Position numbers and translations under genes: made by a program. A DNA stretch of 64,000 nucleotides from Anthoceros angustus (taxonomy: Eukaryota; Plantae; Anthocerotophyta). The notes below the pieces were generated by a model that was given only the letters and a program-made list of their open reading frames with translations, had not been told where the DNA came from and searched no databases. Where the stretch lies: assembly GCA_010909165.1 (NCBI GenBank), contig MU008152.1:62001-126000 (forward strand), given 5' to 3'. The first letter of the stretch is position 1; the number at the start of each line of letters is the position of its first letter. Below, piece by piece: positions 35,381-47,888 of this stretch.

Positions 35381-38060
35381 GTCACTCCGTAGGACATACG
35401 CTGGGAATCGGGAAGTTGGTAGCCGTCTTCGGCGCTTTCGGGCCGGTGACTGGGCATCCCTCTAGGAGGAGGCTTTGCGTGCTGCCAAGGCTCGGGCGGA
35501 ATCCGCACAGCAGTTGGAACAAGTCCCGGGTAATGCAACAAACCTTCGTCGTTGCAAGCTGCTTGGCCAGGCAGGTGAGTATGTTCGCGCTGCCAGGGCT
35601 CTTCGACCCCTCCCCCTGGCCCCCACCTCTGAAGAGACCATTATTGCCCTCCGTGCCCTCCATCCAGTACGCAAGGATGCCATCCCCCAGACATATCCGA
35701 CTACGTCCCGGAGGATCCCTTCTCCCTGGATCGGGCAGCTTTTGCTCTGGCACTCTCTACGACCCCACGTCTTTCATCTGCCGGGTTGTCAGGAATGGTG
35801 TTTGAACACCTCAGGGACCTTTTTCTCCCCGAAGATCCATCTAGTGGCTTCCCAGAGCTCTTTTCTCTGGCCGCTGCGGTGGCTCGGGGTGAGACGCCTC
35901 ACCGGATTTCCCATGTTCTTGCAGCTAGCAGGCTTGTCGCTATGGACAAGCCTGCCCCAGGCTCGGGCGTGCGCCCACTCGCGGTCGGGGAAGCCTTCAT
36001 GCGGCTACTCAGCCGCACTATTGCCCTTGATGCGCTCTCTTCTCCGGCACCTCAACCCCTTCAATTTGGCATTGCCACTCGGCGTGAGTGCATGGTGCTT
36101 GGAGTGAAGGCATGCCTTGATACCCACCGGGTGGGTGGTCTTCTGAGTTGATGTCGAGAACGCCTTCAATACCATTTCTAGGGCGTCATCTTGAGGAGCT
36201 TAGGGATCTTGGCGGCGTCGGGAGCCTTATACCTTTTGTCCGGTGCTTCTACGGAGGTCCTCCAACCTCTACTACCGGCTGAGCGTCTCTTGAGTTCTTG
36301 TCTTTGTCTTGGAATCGACAGTACGGGCAAGCGACCCCTAGGCGGTGCTCTCGCCATTGCTCACTATAGGGCCCTATCTAGGGCCGCCTTCTCCAGCGTG
36401 TCTTCCCTGTGACGACTCTCACATCCTCGGGCATGGGGACAAAGTTAAGGAGGCCTTTGAGCTCTTCTCTCATGAGCTTTCTTTGGTGGGCTTGAAGGTC
36501 AAGTTGTCCAAGTTGCGTCCCGGTCTCAGATTCTACCTACTTTTGATTTCCAGGGGAGATTGCTCGGCTTTGGGATCTGGATTCTAGGGGTCCCCTTGGT
36601 TCCCACTTCATCGGGAGCTTCTGGACGGGCTCTGAGGACCTCTCCCATGTCGAGGACCTCCTTTCTTTGGAGGATACAGGTGGCCTTTGGAATTCTTTCC
36701 TCTGTTTTGCTAGGCGCCCGGTTACCTCATCCAGACGCCTCCATCCCCGACACTTTTGTCCATTGCGGTTTGATAGGAAGATTATGGATACTCTTGGGAC
36801 ATCACAGGCTCGGGGCTTTTGAGTGCCCTATGGGCGTCGGCCCGGCAAGCGTCCCTACATGCAATTTGGAGGCAGTGCGCTCTCATTGGAGGTCTCTTCC
36901 CGGCGGCTTTCACAGGCGATTGGGCCCTCTGCCCCTGCTTGGCTTCTCGGTTCATCCTCCATGACAGCCCTTTCGAGGATCTCGACGTGTGGAGGAGGAA
37001 CCTTCTCTCTCAAGCGTCCTTGAGGCAAGCTAGGGACATGTTATCAGTGGATGCTCGGAAGGACTTCCCTCCTTTCTCGACATTTATTACTGATGGTTTC
37101 AGGGGTTGCAAGCATCTGCTCGGCGAGCTCGGCGAGCTTTCGATCGCCCTCCGGGACCCTCCATCCCCAGGTCCACAAGAGCGCGGCTCCGCTCTTGTTC
37201 TGGGAAGGGCGCAGGTGCTTGGCTATTGGCCCGCCCATGCATACGGGGTTTTCACATCGCACCAACCACCTTCACTACTGCGATGCGATTCCGTCTTGGC
37301 CTGCTCCAGCCTGTGGCTTCTTCGCTCCTTACTTGCGAGTGCGGCTCTGCCCTCGATGATTCACGGGTACACCTTGCTCGTTGTCCCCACGGGGGTCATC
37401 GCATTGCCACTCATGCCATCCGCGATGTCATGTTCGCCATCGCCGCGAAAGCGGCTACATGGCATGGAGGGGCGGATGTATACTCTCCGTACAGGTCGTT
37501 CAATCGGTGACCTATATCTTGTCCGTGGCGACCGGTTTGATGGCGGATGTGGTGGTTACCGATCCTACACGAGACACCATCTCGCTCGGTCATCACTAGC
37601 GAGTTGGCTGCTAGGGCGGCTCTCAAGGTCCATAAATATAGCGGGATGCAAGCGGGCCACCTCTTTATTCCGCTTGCACTAGAAGCGTATGGGGCAATGG
37701 TGAGGACTTTGACAAATTTGTCAAGTCTGTGCCAAAACTTACCATGCTGCGTGAACCTGATGCATGTCCCTCTTGTACTTCACAACATACTTCCGACAAC
37801 AGGTTTTAATTGCCCTTCAACGGGCGCTCTCAACGGCGATCCTCCACAAGGCGGCGATTGTAGGTGACGCATCTTCTTCTACCTCCGTGGTTTGCAGGCC
37901 GTTTATTCTTCCTGCATATGACATTGTGGGTGCAGTAGGTGACTTTAGGTAGGGAGCTCAGTTGCTCCTCTTCACCTCGACCCCCTGGTCCTCTTTGGTT
38001 GTCCCCTCGTGGATGGGCTTTTCCCATCGTTTTTTCACCTCAATAAAATCCCCTTCTCAC
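35381..38060 (+). mobile_element. CRE-like non-LTR retrotransposon (RT + CCHC + restriction-like endonuclease), 5'-truncated and degenerate (family A)
   Basis: RT motifs RPLAVGE, QFG, DVENAFN, DPL, DD (36411), GLKVKLSK and ILGVP. Zinc knuckle CECG...HLARC, RLE motifs ADVVVTDP and FIPLALE.YG. Many frameshifts. Flanked by the 11-bp direct repeat AATATTATCAT (35370-35380 and 38061-38071). No poly(A). Confidence 0.9.
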
Positions 38061-39607
38061 AATATTATCATATATATATACCTATATGTATGTGAACTGA
38101 GTACCTACAAACTCGGCCGCATAGTATGCGTACAAATAGGGGTCTTGACCTTAAGGTCCTAGGAATATAGAGGAGCCATACTTGCTATGTATCCAAAGGC
38201 TCCTATGGCTTCTTAGGTCTCATGGCCAGGGAGATGGAGGGGCTACCTACCATTGATGATCATCAAAGATACGTCTCCTATTGTCGTAGCCGTTTTATCC
38301 CATACTTTTCAAAACCCGTTCGTTTTATTCATGGCTTTCCAAAGCCCTTTGAAGTGTTGAGGATATGTCCTCGGGTTATTATGGAGTCTAGAACTTCACA
38401 ATCTATCCTAAGCAAGTCCTTGGTGTGGTAATAAGTTGGATCAACAATAACATTATATGAACTCACTTTGACATTAGATAAATGAATCGAATATGATTGC
38501 ATAACAGAATGAGTCAAAAAAAAGGTACCGCATAATAGAATATGACAAAGGAAGCTACTGAATGCACATAACTCCACTTCAAACCATGCATTCTCAATGA
38601 ACAGCACATGAGAGCTTGCAGCTTGAACCCCAAATTGACTAGGTATATTTTCAAGTCCTGATTGGCACTATTGGAGGTTCTTTAGGGTATTCATGGCCCC
38701 AATATTTTTATTATCTTGAAAAACTTCATGCCCGTAGTTTTCAGCACTGTTATTTAAGGATAATACCTTGTGCAAGCATTCTGGGTTAGATGAGGAGATC
38801 AAAAGACCCAAACTGGGCTGTATGGAGATTATTGGTGCCTTAGTAATAAAAAGAGCGCAAGACATGATACCAAGGTTTTGTAGAAGAAGAAGTTTATTAT
38901 AGACGACTTTTTTTTTTTTAGGATTTAGGGTTTAGAGTATACACTCGCATATACTCTTAAGGAACACTCGCATATACTCTTAAGCGAAGTTCATAGGGAA
39001 TTTCGGTAGAGCCTAAAGTTACGAAAATATGAAATTTGTGACATCTTGAACTCGCTTAAGAATCGGATATGGAAATAGAAATCTATGGAAGACATCATTC
39101 TCACGCTAGGCTATCTAGGGTGAGTGCTTGCTTGCGACAGTCTTTTGTGTTCGCCAACACGGGCAAGTGCGCAGGACACACTACTCTGGCCACCCCATCC
39201 TTCAGCCAGATGCGGCACTAGCCTCAACAAAACGGAAGAAGAAACGTAAGGAGCATATTCCCAGCATTTCTTCTGCGAACAGACTTGTGTACTGCCGCCT
39301 GCGAATATTGTATTTACTTGCGAACACCTGAAGGCCAACCCGAGAGAGTGAAAGAGGTAAGAATTGAGGAAAGCTTGCGTCCACAGCATAAAAGCAGAAA
39401 TAGGCACCTTCATGAATCTCCCACCGATGTGCAGGAAGCTTGGAGCGTTCTCCTCTCTCCTTGTTCATTTCAGCAACACAACCGATGGCCAGGTAGCTAC
39501 AAGGGTCTGCTAGACAGGGGCAGCAGACCCTACGAATTGATCTAGGTGAATTGAAGTCGTTACAGCCAGGAACAGCCTCCGTCCAAGGGCCTCTGCAATC
39601 ATCTCTT

Positions 39608-42600
39608 TCAGACAAGTCGTTTGAGATCTTTCAACAAATCCAGAAGGTTGGGCCCGTTTTGCCAAAGAGCAAAATCTGTAGCAATTTTCTTTAGTTGCGA
39701 GGCTGCAGTCAACATGGAATCCTTGTCCTCGCTGGCCGCCCTCCGTTGTGGTAGGGCAAAGAGAACTCGATTAACATCCTCGTCAATTTTCAGCTCGTAG
39801 ACCTCCTCGTACAGCTGTAGGACATGACATCTCCCGGGTTAGACACTCTGCAAGAAAATGGAAGAAAACGCTGCAGACCTCTAACTGAAAAGAGAAAGGG
39901 CGAGGCCCACCAACCTCTTTCAGTGAGGCAACAGCAGCAAGGCATGGAGCTTCGATTCGAGAGACTACGTTGATAACCAGTATGCCTCCTTCCACAAGCG
40001 CTGATTTAGCAGCTCGTAAGAATGATTCCTCAAGGAACCCAGGAGGCGGACAACTAAGCCCAGTGCTGCACATGAGTGAGAACGAGATGTTTTGTTAGGC
40101 ATACTGTACACAACCCACCGTGAACCTCCTGCAGCTCTTTCTAACAGATAGCAACAAGTCCATCTATGATCAGCGGTTTCACAAAACTCTACCTTGGATT
40201 TTCTGAGTCCGCATCCACAAGAAGCATGTGAAGACGCCTGTCCTGACCCACTGTAAGGTTTTTCAATCCTGCTATCACCGAATCGTGGCTTGACTCTTTG
40301 GCTGCAGGCTGATCCGGAATAACTGGATGGTCCTTTTCAATGGCTTTGACTGCTGCAATCCCATCTCCAATTTCCAGCTGCAAAAAGTCAACAGACTTCA
40401 CAGTTAGAACAGTTATCATCGACACAAAGAGGAGACACAAGGTCCTTGAGAAGGCAGATGCACACGGTACAGTGCATTACCTTCATCCGATCGCTCTCGA
40501 TGAAGCCAAAGTGCCGTTTTGCTAGATCCCCCACTCCTTTATCCAACTCTACAATCTGGTACAGCAGGAACGAGAAGATTAACTTCTTTGCAGCTACCAA
40601 AAACACAAGTGGTCTCAAGGGACTGGAACGCATCAACAGTACCCGAATTTTCTGAACCGGTAAATGGTTGTGGACAAACATTGGCAAAAGCCCAGCTCCA
40701 AGCCCCACAACCATCATGGTCATCTGTTAAAATCCAAATAGTATCATGAGTCTGATATAACCATGAGCTCTAGAACAGTCAATCCTCTAGTCAACTATGC
40801 ATGGATATGGCAGCCTGATGTGTACTTACCTGACTGTGAAGAGAAAGCCACTCATCAATCCTGTCAGCAATCAAAGCAAGCCCTGCGATCATCCCAGCAT
40901 GATAAGGACTTGCCAAATAACTGTGATCCACCTTGAAGTCAGTCGTCGATCCTGGATTCAAAAAACAGAGTCAATTTTCATAAGGGTGGTATTGTGAAGC
41001 CCATACACAAAAGCATCCATTAATCAGGCTGCCAGTTATTATACCTGCAGAGTCTTTTGAATGTTTGTTCTTCTTCTTCCCATGTGTAGGTCGCCTGCTC
41101 TTCCCAGTGGCACTCTTTTCAGTCTTGATAAGCAAAGCCTCTGACTGTATAAGGTTTGGATTCCTTCTGAACACAAGGCGCCGGAAGAACTTCCTTTCTG
41201 ATGGTTGGTTACCATTTTTCTCCCCTTCATCAACCTCAACATCTTCGACAAGCATTGTGCCAGTAAGAGTAGAATCTTTCTGCAAAGACAGGTTACTGCT
41301 CAGTTATTTTACAGAACAATGAGGGCGTTGTGAACCACAAAGCCATTGTAGCTCGAAATTCTACTACAGATAACAAGCAACAATCTATACCTCTTGTAGC
41401 ACAACTCTGTTGGCAACACCATCACCCATGGTCATGTAACTGCAATGATGCCAGGACAAAGGATGTTAAGTGCACCATACCTTGTCCACCCATCATTGCT
41501 GCCAAGACACAGTTTTTTCACCCAGATTCACACGTCACCCTTGGAGGGGCAAGGCATTAGGTGCAGAAACAAATGACATCACATACGGTATATCGTTTCC
41601 TTCTCGGCAATCTTCAGGCAATATCATCCGCACAAGTGGAGAAAAATCATCCTGCAAAATTAAGAAATGTTTTCAGTTACTGACCCCTTGGTGGAGTCGA
41701 CCAGCCCAACACCAGGTCAGTCTCAAATTGACCTGTATAACTTGGAGGTCATCTGGGTAGTGTTTCGTATCCAGGAAAACCTGAGAGAAAAAGCACATTC
41801 CACATCAAGCTTGGCCAATCAGAGTGGTACCAAACCAAAGACACATTTTTTAACCTACCAGGATGAGTCGACCAGCTTCTGCACTTGCTGCAACCTGCCA
41901 ATGTCCTTCCTCTGATGAGAAGAGCCACTCATGTGCTCGACCCTGCAACAATGAGTGAGCAGATGATGACTCCTAATAAACTGCGTGAAAAGTTACTCTC
42001 ATATCAGCATCAAGGTAGCCTGTCATCTGCCTGACCATGAACTGACGGTGTTTCTCACCTTAGGCACAAGGAACACAGCAGCAGCATGTGCCAGCTTTGA
42101 GGAATCAGGCTTTGCATCCAGCACCCAGGCTTTGTACACAAACTTTGACAGGCCTTCGCCACCTAGCATGACCATAATCCTTCGACCAGGGTGCCGGGTT
42201 TTGAAAATGTCCTCTGACACGTGATCAGGTCCAAATAGTCTGCTTCCTAAGGTGCGAAATTTATTCTCCTTCTCTAACACTTCCAACAGTGGCTTCAGCT
42301 GGAAGAAGGACCCAAAAACATCATACATGAGAAAGACCTTTCCAACATCCACAGCAATGACGGTGCCACCGCAGAAACAAACAAGACAAATATTTACCTG
42401 CTTCTCAGGAACTTGGTCCATTTGACTTGCATCAAAACTTGCTTCAACTGCATGCATCTTCTTGGAGCCCTCCTTTCTACCAACGACCAGGAAAGGCACC
42501 AGTGACACCGGGACATTCTTCTTCCCAGAGGCCACCTCTGCAGCTGCATCTCCAGAGGTCGGTGGCACAAGATACATACTCAATCTCCACCCTTCCCTGA

Positions 42601-43469
42601 ACTTCGACAACAGCAGCTCTGAAAGGAGAAACCAAAAGTTACAACCTACAGATGCATGTAGACTCAAACTCAAGACCATCACAAAGAGCTTCTGAACCAG
42701 CCAGACACATGGAGGCGACCTCCAGGGAGTTCCACTTCAAGCTACCAACCAATCACATGTTTCTGGGCCAACGTAATGCAGGCAAATCTCCCACCCTTCG
42801 TCAATACTCGTCCCACCTACACATGTAGTCGCATTCACCCCATTAAGACCACAACGACCACTAACCAACCAGAACTAGCACACACTCCTTCCTCTCACCT
42901 CCGACAGGAACAGACGGCCTGGTCTCTCGTCGTCCCCCATCAAGGCATCCAACCCTCCCTTGTCAAGTACAAAATCGTAAGACTCGTCGGGAAACTGCCA
43001 AACTAGAGAGCACAGTCATCAGAAAGAGGAGCCACTGAGCCACATAGCATGGCAAACTTCCAGACAAGTACTGAACCGCAACACCCACCTGCATCCGAGT
43101 CATGTCCATCACCAGCCACCGCATTTTCTGCCGCGCCCGCACGTGCAGTCGCAACATCTCAGCCACCACCACCCTGGAGAAATCAATGTTGGTGATATGC
43201 AGAAATCCGGCATCATACATGGATGCCGACAGCGCAGAATTTCCACACCCCGGCACCAAAATCCTGGGATTCTGCTCCGCTTTCAAGTCGCAGTGCTTGA
43301 GCAAGGGGCGGCCCAGGTCCGCCCATTCCCCGTACCACTCGAAGGCCTCGCCGTCCCGCATCTGGAAAAAGGAATCCCAGAATTTTTCCTCCTTGAATTC
43401 CGATAAATCCTTCGGCAGCAACGCCCCCAAGGGCACTGATTCTCCCGCAGCAACCTTCGCCCGCTTCAT
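39608..43469 (-). CDS. METTL13: eEF1A lysine and N-terminal methyltransferase (methyltransferase-like 13)
   Basis: N-terminal MTase FWDSFF...FEWYGEW...ILVPGCGNS..S..MYD.G...ITNIDFS and LDKGGLDAL. C-terminal spermidine-synthase-like MTase VVGLGAGLLPMF, LLVDADS, GGILVINVVSR. Multi-exon; stop TGA at 39608-39610. Confidence 0.9.
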
Positions 43470-43810
43470 TTCGTTGGACCATCCAACCACCTTGAGCTCA
43501 GCCCAACTCTGTCCTGCTATGTGCATCCTACTGTCCGGCGCCCACGAAGGGTTTTACGGCTAACCAGTGATTTCAAATGGGGTTTAAGGTTAATCTGCCT
43601 GAGTTACGAACAGTCCGTTTGAATTCCCTCCACTGCGGGTTTCGCCACGGCGAAAGCCCTCCTGGCTCCCAGGCATGGGCGAATCGTCAGGGAAAGTGCA
43701 GACGAAGAAGACGAAGCTGCTGCAAGCGCTACTGCTGTTGCGTCCGCCCCGCCCTCTCGGCGCTTGCTCTCGCTGCTGGTGTCCCGGTTGCAGAGAACTG
43801 GCTTGCAGCG
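43470..43810. promoter_or_regulatory. Probable short bidirectional promoter between METTL13 and the first non-coding exon of AN
   Basis: The METTL13 ATG is at 43469 (minus). A plus-strand donor cagcg|gtatgt at 43811 leads to acceptor-bearing leader exons upstream of the AN ATG. GCCCA and GGGTTT-type motifs lie at 43540-43590. Confidence 0.5.
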
Positions 43811-44773
43811 GTATGTGAAGTCTGACCCTGTTCCGGGGCAATGTGAGTCTCCTGTGACTTATTGTATTTTTCTGGCAATTTTTTGATTCTGATGCGGTCG
43901 TCCCGAGTGCCTCTGCAAGCCACAGCCCTGTGTGATTGACAGAGCTTGTCAAAATCCGTGGTCTGGGACGTTTGCCTGGGATCTATTTTTGAAGCACACA
44001 TTTTGGAGCAGTGGCTGCAGTGGCTCAGTTCACTTGGTGTAGTGTGCATTCGCACATCCGTCTTTTCTCTCTATCGGCTTGCTGGCCTGTTCGTTGTTTT
44101 GGATCCGGCTTCAAGCTGTTTGGAATGCTTCTGTGTGGTTTGTGTTGTGTTTCTTTTTTACTGCTCCATTTTTGTGTTGCTCAAATGTAGGTATTTGTGA
44201 GGCGGTTGTGCATTGGAGAGCTGTTTGGTTTCTGCGCTGTAGTTATGAGTCGCGGAATGGTCGATTTGTTCTGTGGTTGGTCTTGGAACGGTTATCTTTT
44301 AGTTCCTGCAGGTGTCGGAGATGAATCACAGCTTTTGTCCCCCAGAAGCTTGTGTTTATTTCTCTTGCGGTCGCGTGATTAGAAGTTCGGTCAGAAAGAC
44401 AGTTCCTGTTTTGCGGCTGCTGTACTTGTGTCTCTGTCATGGTGGAGGTACTGAAAGGTTTGAGATTCCTCGGTTCCTAATGGAAAGCATTTGTTTTTCA
44501 CATCGCAGGCCTGCTTAACTACTTTCCTTGCCTCCTTAAGTGTACTGGTAAGGACGTTACGACATCTGTGACATTGATGCATGTTGGAGAAGGCGGACCA
44601 TCATGGTGCAGAAGAGCCAAGTTTTCATCGCAGGCATGACAAGGTTTTTACGCAGGAGAAAATTGGGAGTCTCCTAGGGGGAATCTTAAAGCTGAATGTT
44701 CAAGATGACTCTGGAGCTGTGTGTATTGGTTGCCAGTTGACACTTGGTGAGCATTTGGCTAAAAGTAGCTGGG

Positions 44774-47700
44774 ATGGCGAAGGGACTTCTTGACAAAAGC
44801 TCTGAGTCCAGAAAGAACGACCCTACCAATGAGAGGAGTAATGGGAAGTCCCAAAGTGGGTATGTGGCTGATCATCTTGGGGATGCCGCCTCCGGGACTG
44901 CAGAACCCTTCGTGGTGAGCAGAGCGACGTCCAAGGTTGGCAGCAATGTCAAGGGACCCAGCAACAGTGCTTCCAGCAACCAGCGGGAAGGCAAGACTAT
45001 ACTGAATGAGCAAGACTCGGACGAGGGAGAAGTGCCATCTGTGTTTGCACATTATGCCAATAGTAACCATCAGGCTAGCATGACGAGACCATACGATGTG
45101 GTATCTGATGAGGAAGATGTGGTGCTGCCTAGAGTTGTTGCCCTCAACTGCTTAGAAGACTGTCACCTGGAAGCAGAAGCATTGGCTGGCGTTGCTGTGG
45201 TGGAACATGTCAGTCTTGCGCAACTATCACAGGGCAAGATCGAGGCAGCAGCTGCTGTTTTGCTTCACACTTTGGCTTTTCTTCCCCGCACAGCACAGCA
45301 GTGTCTACACGCGTGGCAGCTCGTGCTGTGCTTGGGATCAGTGGACAAGGGGGTTGACTCTGCTGTGGCGAGTGATCTTGGGCTCCAGCTTGTTCATGTG
45401 GATGTGAGTCGAGCAGATGAGGTGGCAGACACTGCGATGGCCCTAATATTAGGGCTTCTAAGGCGCACTCACTTGTTGGGCGGCCAAGGGTTTTCCAACA
45501 CTGGATTTCTAGGCACAGGGCAAGTTGCCCTTAAAGGTATGAGAAGGTGTCGTGATCTTGTTCTTGGAATCGTAGGGGTTTCTTCTTCAGCGTATGCACT
45601 TGCTGCAAGAAGTCTGGCCTTTAAGATGCGAGTTCTATATTTTGAGACGGATGAGGTGCGAGACTTTACTTTGTAATTTGAGTGGTCTTTTTTGTATTGT
45701 GGTTGGGCTAAGCTGAGTTTGGCAGGCAACTTTTTTCTGATTGGATTAAGCTCATGTTTTCCCAGATTTTTTGCTTTAGCATTTTGTTAATTCCTTTTGC
45801 CGGTACAGGAAAGAACTCACATTGGTCGGAAGGCCTTTCCTTCCTCAGTGAGGAAGGCTGGAACTTTGAGGGAGTTGCTTGCCTTCAGTGATGTGGTATC
45901 ACTGCACTGTCCGCTCACCAATGACACTGTACAGATGATCAATTCGGAGGCCCTGCAATACATCAAGGAAGGTTTGTGTCTTTAATGTTTTGCGAACACC
46001 CTACCTGCACTTTGGTGTCACTAGTTATGAAGGTTCATGTCTCGGACCTACTGTTCTGCATAGCTCGTGAGGGTAGATGCAGGACTGATTGTCCGTGATT
46101 GTGTTTGCACAACCTGATAGTGTAGTGGATGCGGGTGCCCAGGAGCGCTCCTTGTCAACACAAGCAGCTGCCACCTTCTCGATGACTGTGCGGTGAAGCA
46201 AGCCTTGATAGACGGCACAATATCAGGCTGTGCGCTGGATGGAGTGGAAGGGCCGCAGTGGGCAGAAGCCTGGGTGAGACTCACAACAGTCACACTTTGC
46301 TGATTTTGGGACACTTTTGAACATGATCTTGCTAACGGGCTGAAACATTATTCTGGTGGTTCGAGCATTGATTACTGAACACCCGGTCCGGAAAGACTGC
46401 TGACTGTCAGCATGAGTTTGTTTGTATCAGATGCTCTGGTGCGATGCATTCCTGTGTCCCACTTTTAAAAGGTCTCATCATGATCATTGCAGATCAGGGA
46501 ACTGCCAAATGTTATACTGCTGCCTCGGAGTGCCGACTATAGCGAAGAAGTTTGGACTGAAATTCGAGCTAAGGCGGTGGTAGTTCTTCGATCATTTTTT
46601 ATTGACAATTTCATTCCCTTGGCCGACCTTTCTGATGAAGATAATGAGGAGTGGGATCCTCCGTTGCCGTCGAAGGAGAAGCAGGAAGCATATGAGAAAG
46701 ATAGCTCAGGGAGAGATAGAGATGAGGAGCAGCAATATGTTGATTCTCAAACCAGCACGGACTTCAAGCACAACAAGCAAATGTATTCTCAGGCAGATGA
46801 CAGGAGACATGCACAGGAAGGTGGGATTTCCAACTCCGTGGGTCACAACGAAGGCAGGAGCCAATATGCAAAGAGTGGGAGGAAAGGCAGGAAAAGATCA
46901 GGGCGGAGGAAGGCACATCATATTTCCGAGGCCTTCCCAGTGCCTGGAAGGGAAGCCAATTTGGGCGCACTGGAGCGCGATGACCATGCTACCAGTGTAA
47001 GTGGTTGCGATCAGGTCACAAACCCTAATTCGCGGTTCGCTTCACCTGTCGATGTCCAATGTGAAAGAGAAGGGGACCTGACGACCGTGGGGAGCATTGC
47101 TGAGAGTCTGGATAGTATAGAGCCCATTAACACTGCTGGTTTGGCAATTGACCAATTGAAAGATGGGCTTGTTATTGCACTGCGGACAACAGGTGAGGCG
47201 GGCTACTATGTGGCTCGACAACGAGGCCCGGGTCGAGGCTGGTCCCTGGATACCAGGCTGGACGTGACCAATCGAGACCCTGCCGCCCAGTTCCTCCTTG
47301 TGATCCGGCATAAGGTAAGGTCTCAGTGCAAGCCTGGTGCCGTATCTTGAGTGCTGTAGTTTTTTGGCCTGTGTGGCCAGACGGCCCTGACAGTGGTTAA
47401 AGCTATCTGAAGTTGCAATCTGGATGTGTCTGGCGTAGGATCGAGTCGGCCTGCGCTCACTTGCTGCTGGAGGCAAATTGTTACAGGTAAACGAGAGTAG
47501 TAATCCTCGATAGCTGCTAGTGTGTATCTCTATCAGATCAGTCGTGCACTTAAACAATCCTGACGCTCCTGGACGGCCCCTTGATCTCATCGCTTCCTGC
47601 ACTCTGAATCCAGGCAAACAAGAAGCTGGAGCTGGCATTCGCGAACCACACATTTGACATATGGGAGACCTGGGTGCTGGAGGGGCCAACATTGCTCTAC

Positions 47701-47888
47701 TGCAGGCTGACCAACACCAAGTTTCGCAGAGTAAGCCCTAGCTCACACATCCCAGCTTGCTGACTGGTGGCGTACGGGGTGGACACTGACGTGGTGCCCT
47801 GCCCTCTCTTTGGCAGGTAAGACTGGAGGCTCGCATCGAAATCGTAGCGGCAATGCACGAGGACGGTGTAGTCCGGTGGCTCAATTAA
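44774..47888 (+). CDS. AN: ANGUSTIFOLIA (plant CtBP/BARS-like protein)
   Basis: VVALNCLEDC...AAVLLHTLAFLPR...HVDVSRADEVADT.MALILGLLRRTHLL, GMRRCRDLVLGIVG, LLDDCAVKQ.LIDGTI.GCALDG.EGPQW, ELPNV.ILPRSADYSEEVW, RDPAAQFL and GLRSLAAGGKLLQ. C-terminus EDGVVRWLN*. Confidence 0.95.

Noticed and set aside
38220-38990. Short ORFs and a TTTAGGG-like motif downstream of the CRE element
   Set aside because: No recognisable protein motif, and a single telobox-like unit is not a telomeric array.
47042-47692. 216-aa minus-strand ORF
   Set aside because: Antisense to AN exons and introns; no recognisable domain.
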